A stretch of DNA of 64,000 nucleotides from an uncultured Planctomycetaceae bacterium. GTDB taxonomy: Bacteria > Planctomycetota > Planctomycetia > Planctomycetales > Planctomycetaceae. Below are positions 1 through 9,717 of this stretch, one piece after another. Every line of letters begins with the position of its first letter. The first letter of the stretch is position 1. The position numbers and the translations under genes were made by a program. The notes under the pieces are model-generated. The model did not search any database and was not told the DNA's origin. It was given only the letters and a program-made list of their open reading frames with translations. The stretch is from contig CAWCZR010000009.1 of NCBI GenBank assembly GCA_963800135.1, positions 417,245 to 481,244 on the forward strand, written 5' to 3'.

Positions 1-2
1 CG

Positions 3-950
3 AAGATCCAGGAGCTGCAGGCCGAGAACCAGCAGGTCCGCTCGGACGCTGTGAAGGATAAAGACGCCAGCACGGCGCGCATCACTAAACTCGCAACGAT
101 CAACCAAGGCTTGCGGACGGAGAAAGACGCCCGTGAGAAGTGGAGCTTCGAGGTCCCCAGCGGCAAGATCGAATGGGTCGATCTCGACACGGGGCAGGTG
201 TGGATCAACCGCGGCAGTCGCGACAACCTCCGCAAAGGGACGACCTTCAGCGTCTACAAGCAGGTCAACGAGGGCGTTGCCCGTGGCCTGAAGGACATCA
301 AGGGAGCGATCGAAGTCACCAGCGTCGACGGCGACATGGCGCAGGCCCGCATCACCCGCCAGCGGATCAGCGATCCGATCGTGAAGGGGGACGAGGTCTA
401 CACGCCGCTGTGGGCCCCGGGGCGCAAGGAGAAGTTCGCATTCGTCGGCCTGTTCGACCTCGACAACGACGGCATCAACGACCGCGAAGTGCTGCACGAC
501 CTGGTGGCCGCCTCCGGTGGCGAGATCATCGACGAGGTGGACGACAAAGGCGTCCGCCATCCGACCAACGGCAGTATCAACGTCGGCACCAAGTTCCTCG
601 TCGTTGGCAAGATTCCCGACACCTACGAAGCCAAGCCCGAGGACAAAGAGGCCGATCGGCTGATCGGCGAAGCCCACAAGAAGATGATCCAAGAGGCGCA
701 AGAGCACGGCGTTCGCATCGTCACCATCGAGGACTTCCTCAACTACATCGGCTACGAGCCGGGCCGCCGCATCTGGCGACCGGGCGTGACCAATGCCTGG
801 AACCTGCACCAGGGTATGCAAGGGAACGTGGCCCGTCCGGACGCCAAGAAACGTCCCGAATCGTTGGGTCGCACGTCGCGGGCCTTCACCAACCCGAACG
901 CCCCGCAAACGGAGTCGACGGGCCGGACCTCGCAGATTAACAACAAGTAA
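3..950 (+). CDS. Conserved hypothetical protein (5' end outside window); coiled-coil segment, BRCT-like module, basic disordered tail
   Basis: The frame is open from nt 3 (KIQELQAENQQVRSD...), so the listed Met at 51 is probably internal. KFAFVGLFDL..REVLHDLVAASGGEIID..TKFLVVGKIP..GVRIVTIEDFLNYIG has BRCT-like spacing (inference). Confidence 0.55.
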   Translation, partial: KIQELQAENQQVRSDAVKDKDASTARITKLATINQGLRTEKDAREKWSFEVPSGKIEWVDLDTGQVWINRGSRDNLRKGTTFSVYKQVNEGVARGLKDIKGAIEVTSVDGDMAQARITRQRISDPIVKGDEVYTPLWAPGRKEKFAFVGLFDLDNDGINDREVLHDLVAASGGEIIDEVDDKGVRHPTNGSINVGTKFLVVGKIPDTYEAKPEDKEADRLIGEAHKKMIQEAQEHGVRIVTIEDFLNYIGYEPGRRIWRPGVTNAWNLHQGMQGNVARPDAKKRPESLGRTSRAFTNPNAPQTESTGRTSQINNK

Positions 951-1146
951 GGCCCGGCACGAATTAGGCCCGGCTACAAGCTAGGTCCTGGCCACAATCT
1001 GGACCCTGGCAACAAGTCAGCCACGAAGCACGAACGACGAAGCTCGAATGAGAAATGCCGCTTGAGCCCAACGGAGGCACCGCTTCCTGCGGGCTTAGGT
1101 CATTCACTCATTCCTTCGTCATTCGTGCTTTGTCATTGGCGCTTGC

Positions 1147-2832
1147 TCACTGTCCCTGCTGGTAGAGCCCGGCCAAGAGCACGCCGCTGCGACGTTCTTC
1201 CACGAGCGGGCTCTGCTCGTCAACGAGTTGCTGCAAATGGGGCGCGAGGTCGGCCAGCCGACAGAAGACGAGCAGATACCCCGCGTGCCGCGGCTGATCG
1301 GCGTCGTAGGCGTGCAGTCGAATCCCGCGCCGCCGCAGCACGGGCGATTGCGTGAGCATCTCGCTGAGCTGGAAAGGGTGGAGCACGGGGGCGACGTCGA
1401 TCTCCGCTCCGTCCGGCACCGTCTGAGCGGTCCGCTCGAGAAAGTCGCGGGTCACGGACGCGCCCCAGTAGTCGCGTTCGAAGCCGAGCCGGTGCGCGCC
1501 GCTCAACCCGCCGACCGCTCCGTTGTAGGCACTCAGAAAGCAGGGCCACGTCGCCATGATGCCCCAGCTCTGCCCGACGAGAAACAGGCCGGCCACCACA
1601 AGGGCAGCGCGTCGCGGCAGCCGTCGGCACAGCCAATCCCAGGCGACCAAGCCGCCGCGACCGATAAAAATCGCCCACAGCGGAAACGAGACCAGGAACA
1701 GCCGCGCCCCGTCATACACCGCAATCCGCGGAATGCTGAAGAGCATAAGGGGAAAGAGCAGAGCTCCCAGCACCAGCTGTTCGTGCCGCGCGAATCGCAG
1801 CCGCGTCCGGCCGGCAAACAGCCCCAGTCCGCCAAGGGCTTGCAGGCCGATGGGCACGGTCGTGAGAAAGAGGGCCGCACAATAGTGCCAAGGATGACTG
1901 CGATCCGCGTAGCGCGTGCCGAGATACCACAGGTAGAGCGTCGGCCGATCGGTGGTCCGGCCCAGGTATTTGAGGAAGTTGGTGACCGGGTGCCACCAGA
2001 GCCAGGGCCAGAAGAGAAAAAACACCGCCAGCGCCACGAATCCGCAGATCGCCAAGGGTGCCAGCGCCCGCAACCGCCAGTTGGCGAGCGCCCAAATCGC
2101 CAAGGGGACCGGTAACAGGGCCCCCTGAATTTTGGTCAGCATGGCCGCTCCCAAGGCCAGACCGGCCAGCACGGCCCACGGCCAGCGCACGCCCGCATCG
2201 CTTGTCCAGGTTCGCGCCACCACCAGCACGGCCATCAGATAGGTGCAGCCGATGCACGTCTCGAGCGCAGCCAGGTGTGCGTGTCCGAAAACTCGCGGCA
2301 TCAACACGATCGCGAGCGCCGCCACAACTCCGGCCTTTCGGCCATACCACAGCGTGGCCGTCCAGCCGCACAAGAAGACCGTGATCGCGAAGGCGGCCGC
2401 CGATCCGACACGGGCCGCACTCGTCACAAACGCGAACGCTCCCGGGTGATTGCGGGGCGGCGCGACGGCAATCGTCGCGTTATGCCACACTCCCAGCCAG
2501 ACGCGGCCGAGCGGCGGATGATCGGGATTGTGGTAACCGTTTTTCCAGTCGGGTCCCAAGTCATCGAAGTCGCCGAAGACTTGCCGGAGCGTGAGCATCC
2601 GGTCGCCCGAGATCCATCCGAGAGCCCAGATCTTGAGCTCCTCGACAAGCCGCACGCCCTCCTGCACGTTGAACGATTCGTCGATCGTCAGGCCGGGGCC
2701 TTGCGGCGCGTCGGGATAGTCGCCGGCCGCATCGATCGCTGCCACGACAAGGACGAACGCACAGCCGGCTAGCAGTGCGGTAACAAGCCACGCGCGCGGC
2801 GGTCGAGCGGAGGCGATGGGCGAAACGGCCAT
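1147..2832 (-). CDS. GT-C fold glycosyltransferase, ArnT/PMT-like (GT39/GT83 type) polytopic membrane protein
   Basis: 561-aa ORF with many hydrophobic spans. The loop motif NPDHPPLGRVWLG and the overall layout are typical of dolichyl/undecaprenyl-phosphate sugar transferases. Assigned from motif recall only. Confidence 0.6.
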   Translation of the reverse strand: MAVSPIASARPPRAWLVTALLAGCAFVLVVAAIDAAGDYPDAPQGPGLTIDESFNVQEGVRLVEELKIWALGWISGDRMLTLRQVFGDFDDLGPDWKNGYHNPDHPPLGRVWLGVWHNATIAVAPPRNHPGAFAFVTSAARVGSAAAFAITVFLCGWTATLWYGRKAGVVAALAIVLMPRVFGHAHLAALETCIGCTYLMAVLVVARTWTSDAGVRWPWAVLAGLALGAAMLTKIQGALLPVPLAIWALANWRLRALAPLAICGFVALAVFFLFWPWLWWHPVTNFLKYLGRTTDRPTLYLWYLGTRYADRSHPWHYCAALFLTTVPIGLQALGGLGLFAGRTRLRFARHEQLVLGALLFPLMLFSIPRIAVYDGARLFLVSFPLWAIFIGRGGLVAWDWLCRRLPRRAALVVAGLFLVGQSWGIMATWPCFLSAYNGAVGGLSGAHRLGFERDYWGASVTRDFLERTAQTVPDGAEIDVAPVLHPFQLSEMLTQSPVLRRRGIRLHAYDADQPRHAGYLLVFCRLADLAPHLQQLVDEQSPLVEERRSGVLLAGLYQQGQ

Positions 2833-3211
2833 TCCGCTACTCTATGACGCGGTGCGCAGGCCGGACAATGCGAGTCCGCAAGCGCCTGGCAAAAAGGGGG
2901 CCGTGGGTCGCTCGCGTCGTTCGACCGCCCCTGCAAATCGTGGATCTAAAAAACCGATGCCGGCCGCTAGGGTTGTTCGCGGCCGGCATCGGTTGATTTC
3001 TGGGGTCGACTTTTGGGGGGTCGAGCGATCGGGGCGGGGCGTTGGTCCCGGGCCTTGTCCTTAAGACCCGGCGGCCGACTCTCGTCGGAAGGACTCGCTG
3101 TGCTGGGTCGCACGGACGGCTGGTCTGCCCGCTTGCGCGACCCTCGCGGCTGTTCCGCTCGGTTGGGTCGTCCTGGCGGCTGGTCTGCCAGTGGTCGCGG
3201 GCGGATCCGTC

Positions 3212-3784
3212 TTAGGCGAGCTGCTTCTTGCGTCCGACGAGTGTCCGGATCCGTTCGGCCAGCAGGGCCGCGTCGAACGGCTTGCGGAACGTCTCGCTGA
3301 AGACCGTCCGATCGAAACCGCTGGCGTTGTCGTCGTCGTTCAGCAGTCCGATCAGCACCGTCTCCGTGTATTCCGTGTTCTTGCGGAGATTCTGGGCGAT
3401 CATCAGCGATTCGTTGCGCCCCATTGCGAAGTCGATGACGACGCAATCCGGGTGCAGCGACTCGGCCTGAATTCCGGCCTCGAATCCGCTCACGGCCGAC
3501 TCGATTTTGAAGTCGTCCGTTCCCATCATTTCATGCAAACTGCTGCGGACGGCATGGTCGGCGCCGACGAGCAAAATCTTGCCCATCGCTTCGTCTTCCA
3601 GCTCACCCAGCGGCATCCCGTGTTCCTTGAGGAAGCGAATCAGGTGCTCGCGGGGAATCCGCCGGTCCTGGGAACCGGGGATTCGATAGCCGCGTAGCCG
3701 GCCCGAATCAAACCACTTGCTCACGGTGCGGGGTGCCACTTTGCAGATCTTTGCTACTTGTCCAGTAGTGAAGATCGTCCTCAT
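3212..3784 (-). CDS. DNA-binding response regulator: N-terminal excisionase/MerR-type HTH plus C-terminal CheY-like receiver (atypical acidic pocket)
   Basis: HTH is TTGQVAKICKVAPRTVSKWFDSGRLRGYRIPGSQDRRIPREHLIRFL. Receiver is KILLVGADH...CVVIDFAMG...FRKPFD. Confidence 0.75.
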   Translation of the reverse strand: MRTIFTTGQVAKICKVAPRTVSKWFDSGRLRGYRIPGSQDRRIPREHLIRFLKEHGMPLGELEDEAMGKILLVGADHAVRSSLHEMMGTDDFKIESAVSGFEAGIQAESLHPDCVVIDFAMGRNESLMIAQNLRKNTEYTETVLIGLLNDDDNASGFDRTVFSETFRKPFDAALLAERIRTLVGRKKQLA

Positions 3785-4995
3785 TGCGGGCTCTCCAATC
3801 GGTATCTCTAGGCCAACTCAGAGGGTTCGTCGGGCCCTCAGGATCTTCACCCCTAGCACGATGGCCGGCTCTCCTAGCCACTCGGTCCGTGACATACAAG
3901 AACCACCGCGGTCTTGGGTCGGGGTCGCAGCAGTCCGCGCGTGAGCACCCTGAGAGGAGCCCCCGCTCGTCCCGTTGCGTGCCTGATCATCAGGCTCTGG
4001 CAATACGTCGGGATCATCGTCGAACAAGCGCTGTGCGAGACAGAACTGTCGACGTGGGGGCAAAGGACCGGAGAGGTCCTCAGCGCACGAACTTCCGGCT
4101 CGCGCGGCAGGTCGAATCCGAGTTGTCCATCCCCCCTAGGACGTCTCTCATCCGCTCATCAGCCGCGTCCTGCGACTTCACGGGGCGACCGTGCGACGAG
4201 CCAGCCAAAAAACGTCTGACGTATTGTTTCGACAGCCTCCGTATGAGGACTTTAGGTTCTTTACCGGCGGTGCCTGAAACGCCCGTTGTCCGAAATGCAA
4301 GACAGCTTTTCGCCTTCGTCGACCGTCGCATCCCGATCTGGCGGCTCAATCGACGCCGTCGCGCGCCGGTCCTAGCCATTCGGATCCACACCCTTGGCGC
4401 GCAAGGCATCCTCGCGCACGGGCGGACTCGGCAATCTTGGCGGCGGAATTGGAGCCGGAAGTCGGCAGATTCTCGGCGAGCGGGTTCCCAGAGCGACGGG
4501 CGACTGGCGCGAAATCTGCGCCTGCGAAGCGGACCGCGGAACGCTCCTAGCGCTCGGCTACACCCAATACCGCTTCTCAATATTGTACGCTGCCGGACCG
4601 TCCAGACGAGGGGGGTGATTTATTGACAGCCACCCGCGACAACGGTTCGCTGCGCCGATCGACCGCCGGGCAGAAAGTTACCTCGCGCGCGAAGCGATGC
4701 GTGACTGTCCGGTAACTCGGGTGCCACGGCTGAGACGCTTCGGCTCAGCCGTGCTCTTTCCGGCTGCTGCTGATGGTGGCTGAACCGTCAAGAGCACGGT
4801 TGAGCGAGCTTCGAGGTTGTCCGGGAATTAGAGGCCGGAAAAGCCCAGAGACTCGAGGTTTGAGGAATAAAGACTTACGGCGAAACTCGAGGTCGTTTCC
4901 GAACTGTCGTAAATCCCTTATTTCCCAGGGCAGTTTGACACGTTGAATTCCCGGACACCTTCGAGCGAGCTTCAACCGTGGCACCCAAGCGCCGT

Positions 4996-5532
4996 CTACG
5001 TTGTCGCTTGATTCGCGCCCACGCTGAACGGGCCGGCGAACGGCAGCAGGTTGCTGTAGAAGTCCGTGGCCGTGTCGGCGAAGTAGCGGTCGATGAATCC
5101 ATCATCGCCAAAGTGGTACGGGTCCCACGTGAGTCCGAACGCGCTCAAGTCCAGTCCCGCATCGGCAAGCGGTGAATTGGGCTGCAACTCGTAGGCCGTC
5201 AGAGTGATGAGCCGATCCGCGTTCCCGATGGTCCCGCCGCCGCCCGCGTCGGTCAGCCCCGGTTGCACGTTCAGGCCAGAAGGCTGGCCGTGGACGGTTT
5301 CTTGCCCAGTCGCAGCCCGCCAGCCTGGCAACGTCTGATAGGTGACTCCGTTCCAATCGATTGCCAGGGGCAACTTGCCCGACCAGTAGTCGTTCCCTTG
5401 GAAGAGCACGCCCGTCCCCGTGCCGTCCCAGTCGACCACCGGCACTCCCCCGGTCGTCTCGAAGATGTTGTTGCGGACGTCGATCGAGCTGCCGAGCAGG
5501 CCCAGCAGCCGGGAATCCGGGATTGGCGACAT
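4996..5532 (-). pseudogene. 3' remnant of a right-handed beta-helix (pectate-lyase-fold) secreted protein
   Basis: The 178 aa correspond only to the C-terminal end of such proteins (SIDVRNNIFETTGG..VLFQGNDYW..GWRAATGQE..LQPNSPLADAGLDL). There is no room for the N-terminal beta-helix because the glnS stop is at 5591. Confidence 0.45.
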
Positions 5533-5590
5533 GGGTGGCCAGCGAAAGGACTGCCGCAGCGATTCCGAATTTAAGCCCCGCCAAGGGGCG

Positions 5591-7312
5591 TCAGGACTTG
5601 CCGCCTGGCTTCTTCTCCGTTTTTTTCTCGATCTTTGCCCACGTGTCGCGGAGCGTCACAGTGCGGTTGAAGACCGGCGCACCGGGTTTCGAGTCTTTCG
5701 AGTCGGCGCAGAAATAAGCCAGCCGCTCGAACTGGAAGCGATCGCCGGGCTTGGCCGCTGCCAGGCTCGGCTCGAGCTGGGCCGTCGAGACCACCGTCAG
5801 CGAGTTCGGGTTCAGGTTTTCCTTATAGTCGTGCCCTTCCGGCACGTCGTTCGGATCGGGCTTCGAGAAGAGGTGATCGTAGAGCCGCACCTCGGCCTGG
5901 ACTGCGTGCTTGGCCGAGACCCAGTGGATGGTCGACTTGATCTTGCGGCCGTCGGGCGCGTTGCCGCCGCGCGTGGCCGGATCGTACGTGCAGCGGACCT
6001 CGGTGATTTCGCCCGTCTGCGGATCCTTCACCGCCGAGACGCACTTGATGATGAAGCCATACCGCAGCCGCACCTCCCGCCCCGGAGCCAGGCGGAAGAA
6101 CTCCTTCGGCGGGTCCTCGCGGAAGTCGTCCTGCTCGATATACAGCTCGCGCGAGAACGGCACCTTCCGCGAGCCCATCGACGGGTCTTCGGGATTGTTC
6201 ACCGCGTCCAGCTCGTCGACCTGGTCCGCAGGGTAGTTTTCCAGCACGACCTTGAGCGGCTTGAGCACGGCCATCGCGCGGGCCGCCCGGCGATTGAGAT
6301 CCTCGCGAATGGCATTTTCGAGCACGACCATTTCGGTGACGCTGTTGTACTTCGTCACGCCGATTCGTTCGCAGAACGTGCGGAGCGCCTCGGGCGTGTA
6401 GCCGCGGCGGCGCAGGCCGCAGATCGTCGGCATCCGCGGATCGTCCCAGCCGCTGACGTATTCCTTCTCGACCAGCTCGAGCAGCCGCCGCTTGCTCATC
6501 ATCATGTATTCGACGTTGAGGCGGGCGAACTCGATCTGCTGCGGGTGATAGATGTGGAGCGTCTCGAGGCACCAGTCGTAGAGCGGCCGATGGTTCTCGA
6601 ACTCGAGCGTGCAGATCGAGTGCGTGACCCCCTCGACCGAGTCCGACTGCCCGTGAGCGAAGTCGTACATCGGATAAATGCACCATTTGTCGCCCGTGCG
6701 ATGGTGGTGCGCCTTCAGAATGCGATACAGCACCGGGTCGCGCATGTTGACGTTGGGCGACGCCATGTCGATCTTGGCCCGCAGCGTGTACTGCCCATCC
6801 TTGAATTCGCCCGCCCGCATGCGGCGAAAGAGGTCGAGGCTCTCCGCCGCCGGCCGATTGCGATCGGGGCTCGGCTTGCCCGGCTCGGTGAGCGTGCCGC
6901 GATATTCGCGAATCTGGTCGGCATTCAGGCTGCAGACGTAGGCGTGCCCCTCCTGAATCAGCTGCTCAGCCCACTGGTAGAGCTGCTCGAAGTAGTCCGA
7001 GGCGTAAAACTCGCGGTCTTCCCAACTGAAGCCCAGCCAGCGGATGTCCTCTTTAATGGAGTCGACGTACTCGACGTCCTCCTTGGTGGGATTCGTGTCG
7101 TCGAAGCGGAGGTTGCACTTGCCCCCGAATTCTTGGGCGATGCCGAAGTTGAGGCAGATCGATTTCGCGTGCCCGATGTGCAAGTAGCCGTTGGGCTCGG
7201 GCGGAAAGCGTGTCATCACTTTGCCGCCGTATTTGCCGGTCTTCTGATCCTCGGCCACGATGCTGCGGACGAAGTCGAGCGGTGCGGAAGGCGAAGGAGT
7301 GCTATCGGCCAT
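5591..7312 (-). CDS. glnS: Glutaminyl-tRNA synthetase
   Basis: HIGH region [29 protein letters not shown]-like MMSKRRL, GlnRS-like throughout. I moved the start to ATG 7312 (MADSTPSPS...) because the longer ORF overlaps gltX. Confidence 0.95.
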   Translation of the reverse strand: MADSTPSPSAPLDFVRSIVAEDQKTGKYGGKVMTRFPPEPNGYLHIGHAKSICLNFGIAQEFGGKCNLRFDDTNPTKEDVEYVDSIKEDIRWLGFSWEDREFYASDYFEQLYQWAEQLIQEGHAYVCSLNADQIREYRGTLTEPGKPSPDRNRPAAESLDLFRRMRAGEFKDGQYTLRAKIDMASPNVNMRDPVLYRILKAHHHRTGDKWCIYPMYDFAHGQSDSVEGVTHSICTLEFENHRPLYDWCLETLHIYHPQQIEFARLNVEYMMMSKRRLLELVEKEYVSGWDDPRMPTICGLRRRGYTPEALRTFCERIGVTKYNSVTEMVVLENAIREDLNRRAARAMAVLKPLKVVLENYPADQVDELDAVNNPEDPSMGSRKVPFSRELYIEQDDFREDPPKEFFRLAPGREVRLRYGFIIKCVSAVKDPQTGEITEVRCTYDPATRGGNAPDGRKIKSTIHWVSAKHAVQAEVRLYDHLFSKPDPNDVPEGHDYKENLNPNSLTVVSTAQLEPSLAAAKPGDRFQFERLAYFCADSKDSKPGAPVFNRTVTLRDTWAKIEKKTEKKPGGKS

Positions 7313-7344
7313 AACTGGCGATCCGTCTGTTACTTGGTTTCGAC

Positions 7345-8907
7345 TCAGCCCAGGCGGCTGAGGGCCCGATCGATCCGGTTGAGCGAACGCTGCCGCCCCA
7401 ACAAGCCCAGGCATTCAAACAAGCCGGGGCCGGTCGACTTGCCGGTGACGGCGACTCGCAACGCGTGAATCAGATCTGCGGGCTTGATCTTCTCGGAATC
7501 GACGAATGTGCGGAAGGCCTCTTCGATCGGCCCGGCCTCAAACGGCTCGACCGACGCCAGCCGCTCGCGAAAGCGCTGGAGCCGTTCGGGCGTTCCTTCC
7601 GGGGTCATCCGCTTTATGAACGTGGCTTCATCGTATTCGAGCGCCTCGTCGGCGACGAAGAAATCGCGGGCCTCCAAAATGTCGCTGGAGACCTTGAGCC
7701 GTTCGCCCAGCGTTTGCACCACGCGGGCCACATACTCGCGCTCGGCCGCGTCGGGCGACGGGGCGATGAGTTTGGCCGCGACGAGATAGGGCAGCACGCG
7801 GGCGATTTTCTCCTCGAGCGACAACTGCCCCATCCAGTGCGTTTGAAAGCTGTAGAGCTTGTCGGGGTCGAGGCCGGCCGGGTTTTTCACGATGCGGTCG
7901 AGCGTGAAATTCTCGACGATCGTCGCGCGGGTCATGAACTCCGTGCGATCGTCGAGCGACCAGCCCAGCCGGGCCAGCGAATTGAAGACCGCGTGTGGCA
8001 GGAAGCCGATCTTCTCGTAGTACTCGACCATCACCGGGTTGAGCGTTTCGGAGTTCCCCAGGCCGATCTGCGGGAAGACCCGGTCGGCGTCCTCGAACAT
8101 TTTGCGGAACTTGGGATTCTCGCGATATTTTTTGATCTCCCGTTTGCTGAGCTTTTTCGTCGTGCCGGGAGCCGTGACGAACGGGATATGGGCAAAGACC
8201 GGCAGCGCGTGGCCGAGCGCCTGGTGCATCAGAATCTGCGGCGGCGTATTCGACAGGTGCTCTTCGGCCCGAACGACGTGGGTGATGTCCATCGCCGCGT
8301 CGTCGACGACCGTGGCGAAGTTGTAGAGCGGCGTGCCGTCACCCCGCATGATGACGGGGTCGGCGATCAGCGACGTATCCCATTCAACGTGTCCCCGCAC
8401 GACATCGTCGAGCGCGACCGTGGTGCCGCGCGGCACGAGAAAGCGAATCACGTGCGGCCGTCCCTCGGCGACGAGTTTCTCCACCTCGGCCTCGCTCAAC
8501 TCGAGCGACTTGCGGCTGCTGATGAACGGTCGCTTCTCTTTGTCGGCCGCCTCGCGCTGCTGCTGCACTTCCGCGGGCGTCTCGAAATCGCGATAGGCTT
8601 TCTTGTCCTTTAATAAGCGGTCAGCGGCTCGCTGGTAGATCTCGCCGCGCTGCGACTGAAAATACGGCCCGTGCGGCCCGCCGATTTCCGGCCCTTCGTC
8701 CCAGCCCATGTCGAGCCACTTAAACGCGGCCAGAATCGGCCGCAGCGCCTCGTCGTTATTCCGCTGCCGATCCGTGTCGTCGATCCGCAGGATGAACTTG
8801 CCGCCCGTGTGCCGGGCCCACAGCCAATTGAACAGGGCCGTGCGCATGCCGCCGATGTGCATGTACCCGGTGGGGCTGGGAGCAAAGCGGGTGCGAATTT
8901 CGGACAT
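7345..8907 (-). CDS. gltX: Glutamyl-tRNA synthetase
   Basis: [21 protein letters not shown] (HIGH), [15 protein letters not shown] ([10 protein letters not shown]). Full length, 520 aa. Confidence 0.95.
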   Translation of the reverse strand: MSEIRTRFAPSPTGYMHIGGMRTALFNWLWARHTGGKFILRIDDTDRQRNNDEALRPILAAFKWLDMGWDEGPEIGGPHGPYFQSQRGEIYQRAADRLLKDKKAYRDFETPAEVQQQREAADKEKRPFISSRKSLELSEAEVEKLVAEGRPHVIRFLVPRGTTVALDDVVRGHVEWDTSLIADPVIMRGDGTPLYNFATVVDDAAMDITHVVRAEEHLSNTPPQILMHQALGHALPVFAHIPFVTAPGTTKKLSKREIKKYRENPKFRKMFEDADRVFPQIGLGNSETLNPVMVEYYEKIGFLPHAVFNSLARLGWSLDDRTEFMTRATIVENFTLDRIVKNPAGLDPDKLYSFQTHWMGQLSLEEKIARVLPYLVAAKLIAPSPDAAEREYVARVVQTLGERLKVSSDILEARDFFVADEALEYDEATFIKRMTPEGTPERLQRFRERLASVEPFEAGPIEEAFRTFVDSEKIKPADLIHALRVAVTGKSTGPGLFECLGLLGRQRSLNRIDRALSRLG

Positions 8908-9105
8908 GTTTTGGTCTAAGGCAGCGCTGGCAAGCGAACTGGCTTGAAACGATCAAGCACCATCGGGCTCACGCCCGACGCTCGCCGGGTCGATGAGCTT
9001 GGCGAGCCGCCAGCGTAAGCTGGCGGGTGCTTCGCCTTCGTAAGACGGCGCGATGATAGGAGAGCCGCAATTGCCGGGCAAGAGCGTGGGAACTCGTCGT
9101 GCGGC

Positions 9106-9705
9106 TCACGCATCACGAGAAATCGGGGGCGGAATTTCGTACTCGTGTGGTTTTCTAACGTGGCTCAGAACCGAGAGATCACTCGCGCCAATTGTCTGGT
9201 AGTTCTGTCGGGCTTGGCTGAGGCTCAGGGCCCGATTCGGTCCGCCACGAACGACGTCCGCATCGACGTCACCCTGGCCGTCGTCTTCCCAAAAGCAAAC
9301 CGCACAGATCTCGTAGTCGCCTCGTCCGCTCTGGGTCAGATACCCACAGCAGGGGCAGGGATAAACCAAGCTGATTTTCCATGTCGCATCAGTGTCTGAG
9401 CGAGCGAGCGATGCGGCACCCTCCAGCCGACGTCCGTGGAGATGCACCACGACTCGATCCGGCATTGAGGCAATGACCTCATATTCTCCGCGATCCCACC
9501 GCTCGACCGTCCCGCGGCCGCCGCTCACCGGGCCCTCATATTCGAGATACGCGAGCCGATGGTCGGGCAGCGCCTCGGCCGCGATTGAACCCTCCGCATC
9601 AGGCGGCTGCGCAAGTCGCCAGGTGCGCAGCGAATTCCCCTGCTCCAGCATCAGGTCCCAATGCAGAAACGGGTGATCGTGGGTCAAAACGACGAATCGG
9701 GGCAT
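9106..9705 (-). CDS. Fusion protein: LigD N-terminal (DNA polymerase-ligase N-terminal/3'-phosphoesterase-like) domain plus CPCC-family cysteine-rich domain
   Basis: N-terminus is MPRFVVLTHDHPFLHWDLMLE..LRTWRL..DHRLAYLEYEGPVSGGRGTVERWDRGEY. C-terminus is YPCPCCGYLT..YEICAVCFWEDDGQ. Confidence 0.7.
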   Translation of the reverse strand: MPRFVVLTHDHPFLHWDLMLEQGNSLRTWRLAQPPDAEGSIAAEALPDHRLAYLEYEGPVSGGRGTVERWDRGEYEVIASMPDRVVVHLHGRRLEGAASLARSDTDATWKISLVYPCPCCGYLTQSGRGDYEICAVCFWEDDGQGDVDADVVRGGPNRALSLSQARQNYQTIGASDLSVLSHVRKPHEYEIPPPISRDA

Positions 9706-9717
9706 GCGAAGCGGATA

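Noticed and set aside
4110-4119. GGTCGAATCC T-loop-like sequence, considered as a possible tRNA.
   Set aside because: The flanking bases do not form a T stem, acceptor stem or anticodon arm.
4610-4636. GGGGGGTGATTTATTGACAGCCACCC resembles a tmRNA 5' end (GGGG.UGA..GGUUUCGAC).
   Set aside because: Within the next 400 nt there is no complementary 3' acceptor strand, no T-arm/CCA end and no tag reading frame.
5420-7468. Very long plus-strand ORF (682 aa) antisense to glnS. Similar mirror ORFs occur at 7465-8613, 9718-10830, 13928-15115, 22090-23430, 46180-47817, 38194-39081 and 39964-40953.
   Set aside because: The translations are Arg/Ala/Gly/Val/Pro-rich and featureless. Each lies opposite a gene with unambiguous family motifs. 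Long antisense ORFs are an expected artefact of high GC content.
5591-8907. Adjacent glnS and gltX, considered as a possible unusual aminoacylation arrangement.
   Set aside because: Both look like full-length canonical enzymes in one orientation. Co-occurrence is common in bacteria that use the direct Gln-tRNA pathway, and nothing in the sequence suggests altered specificity.
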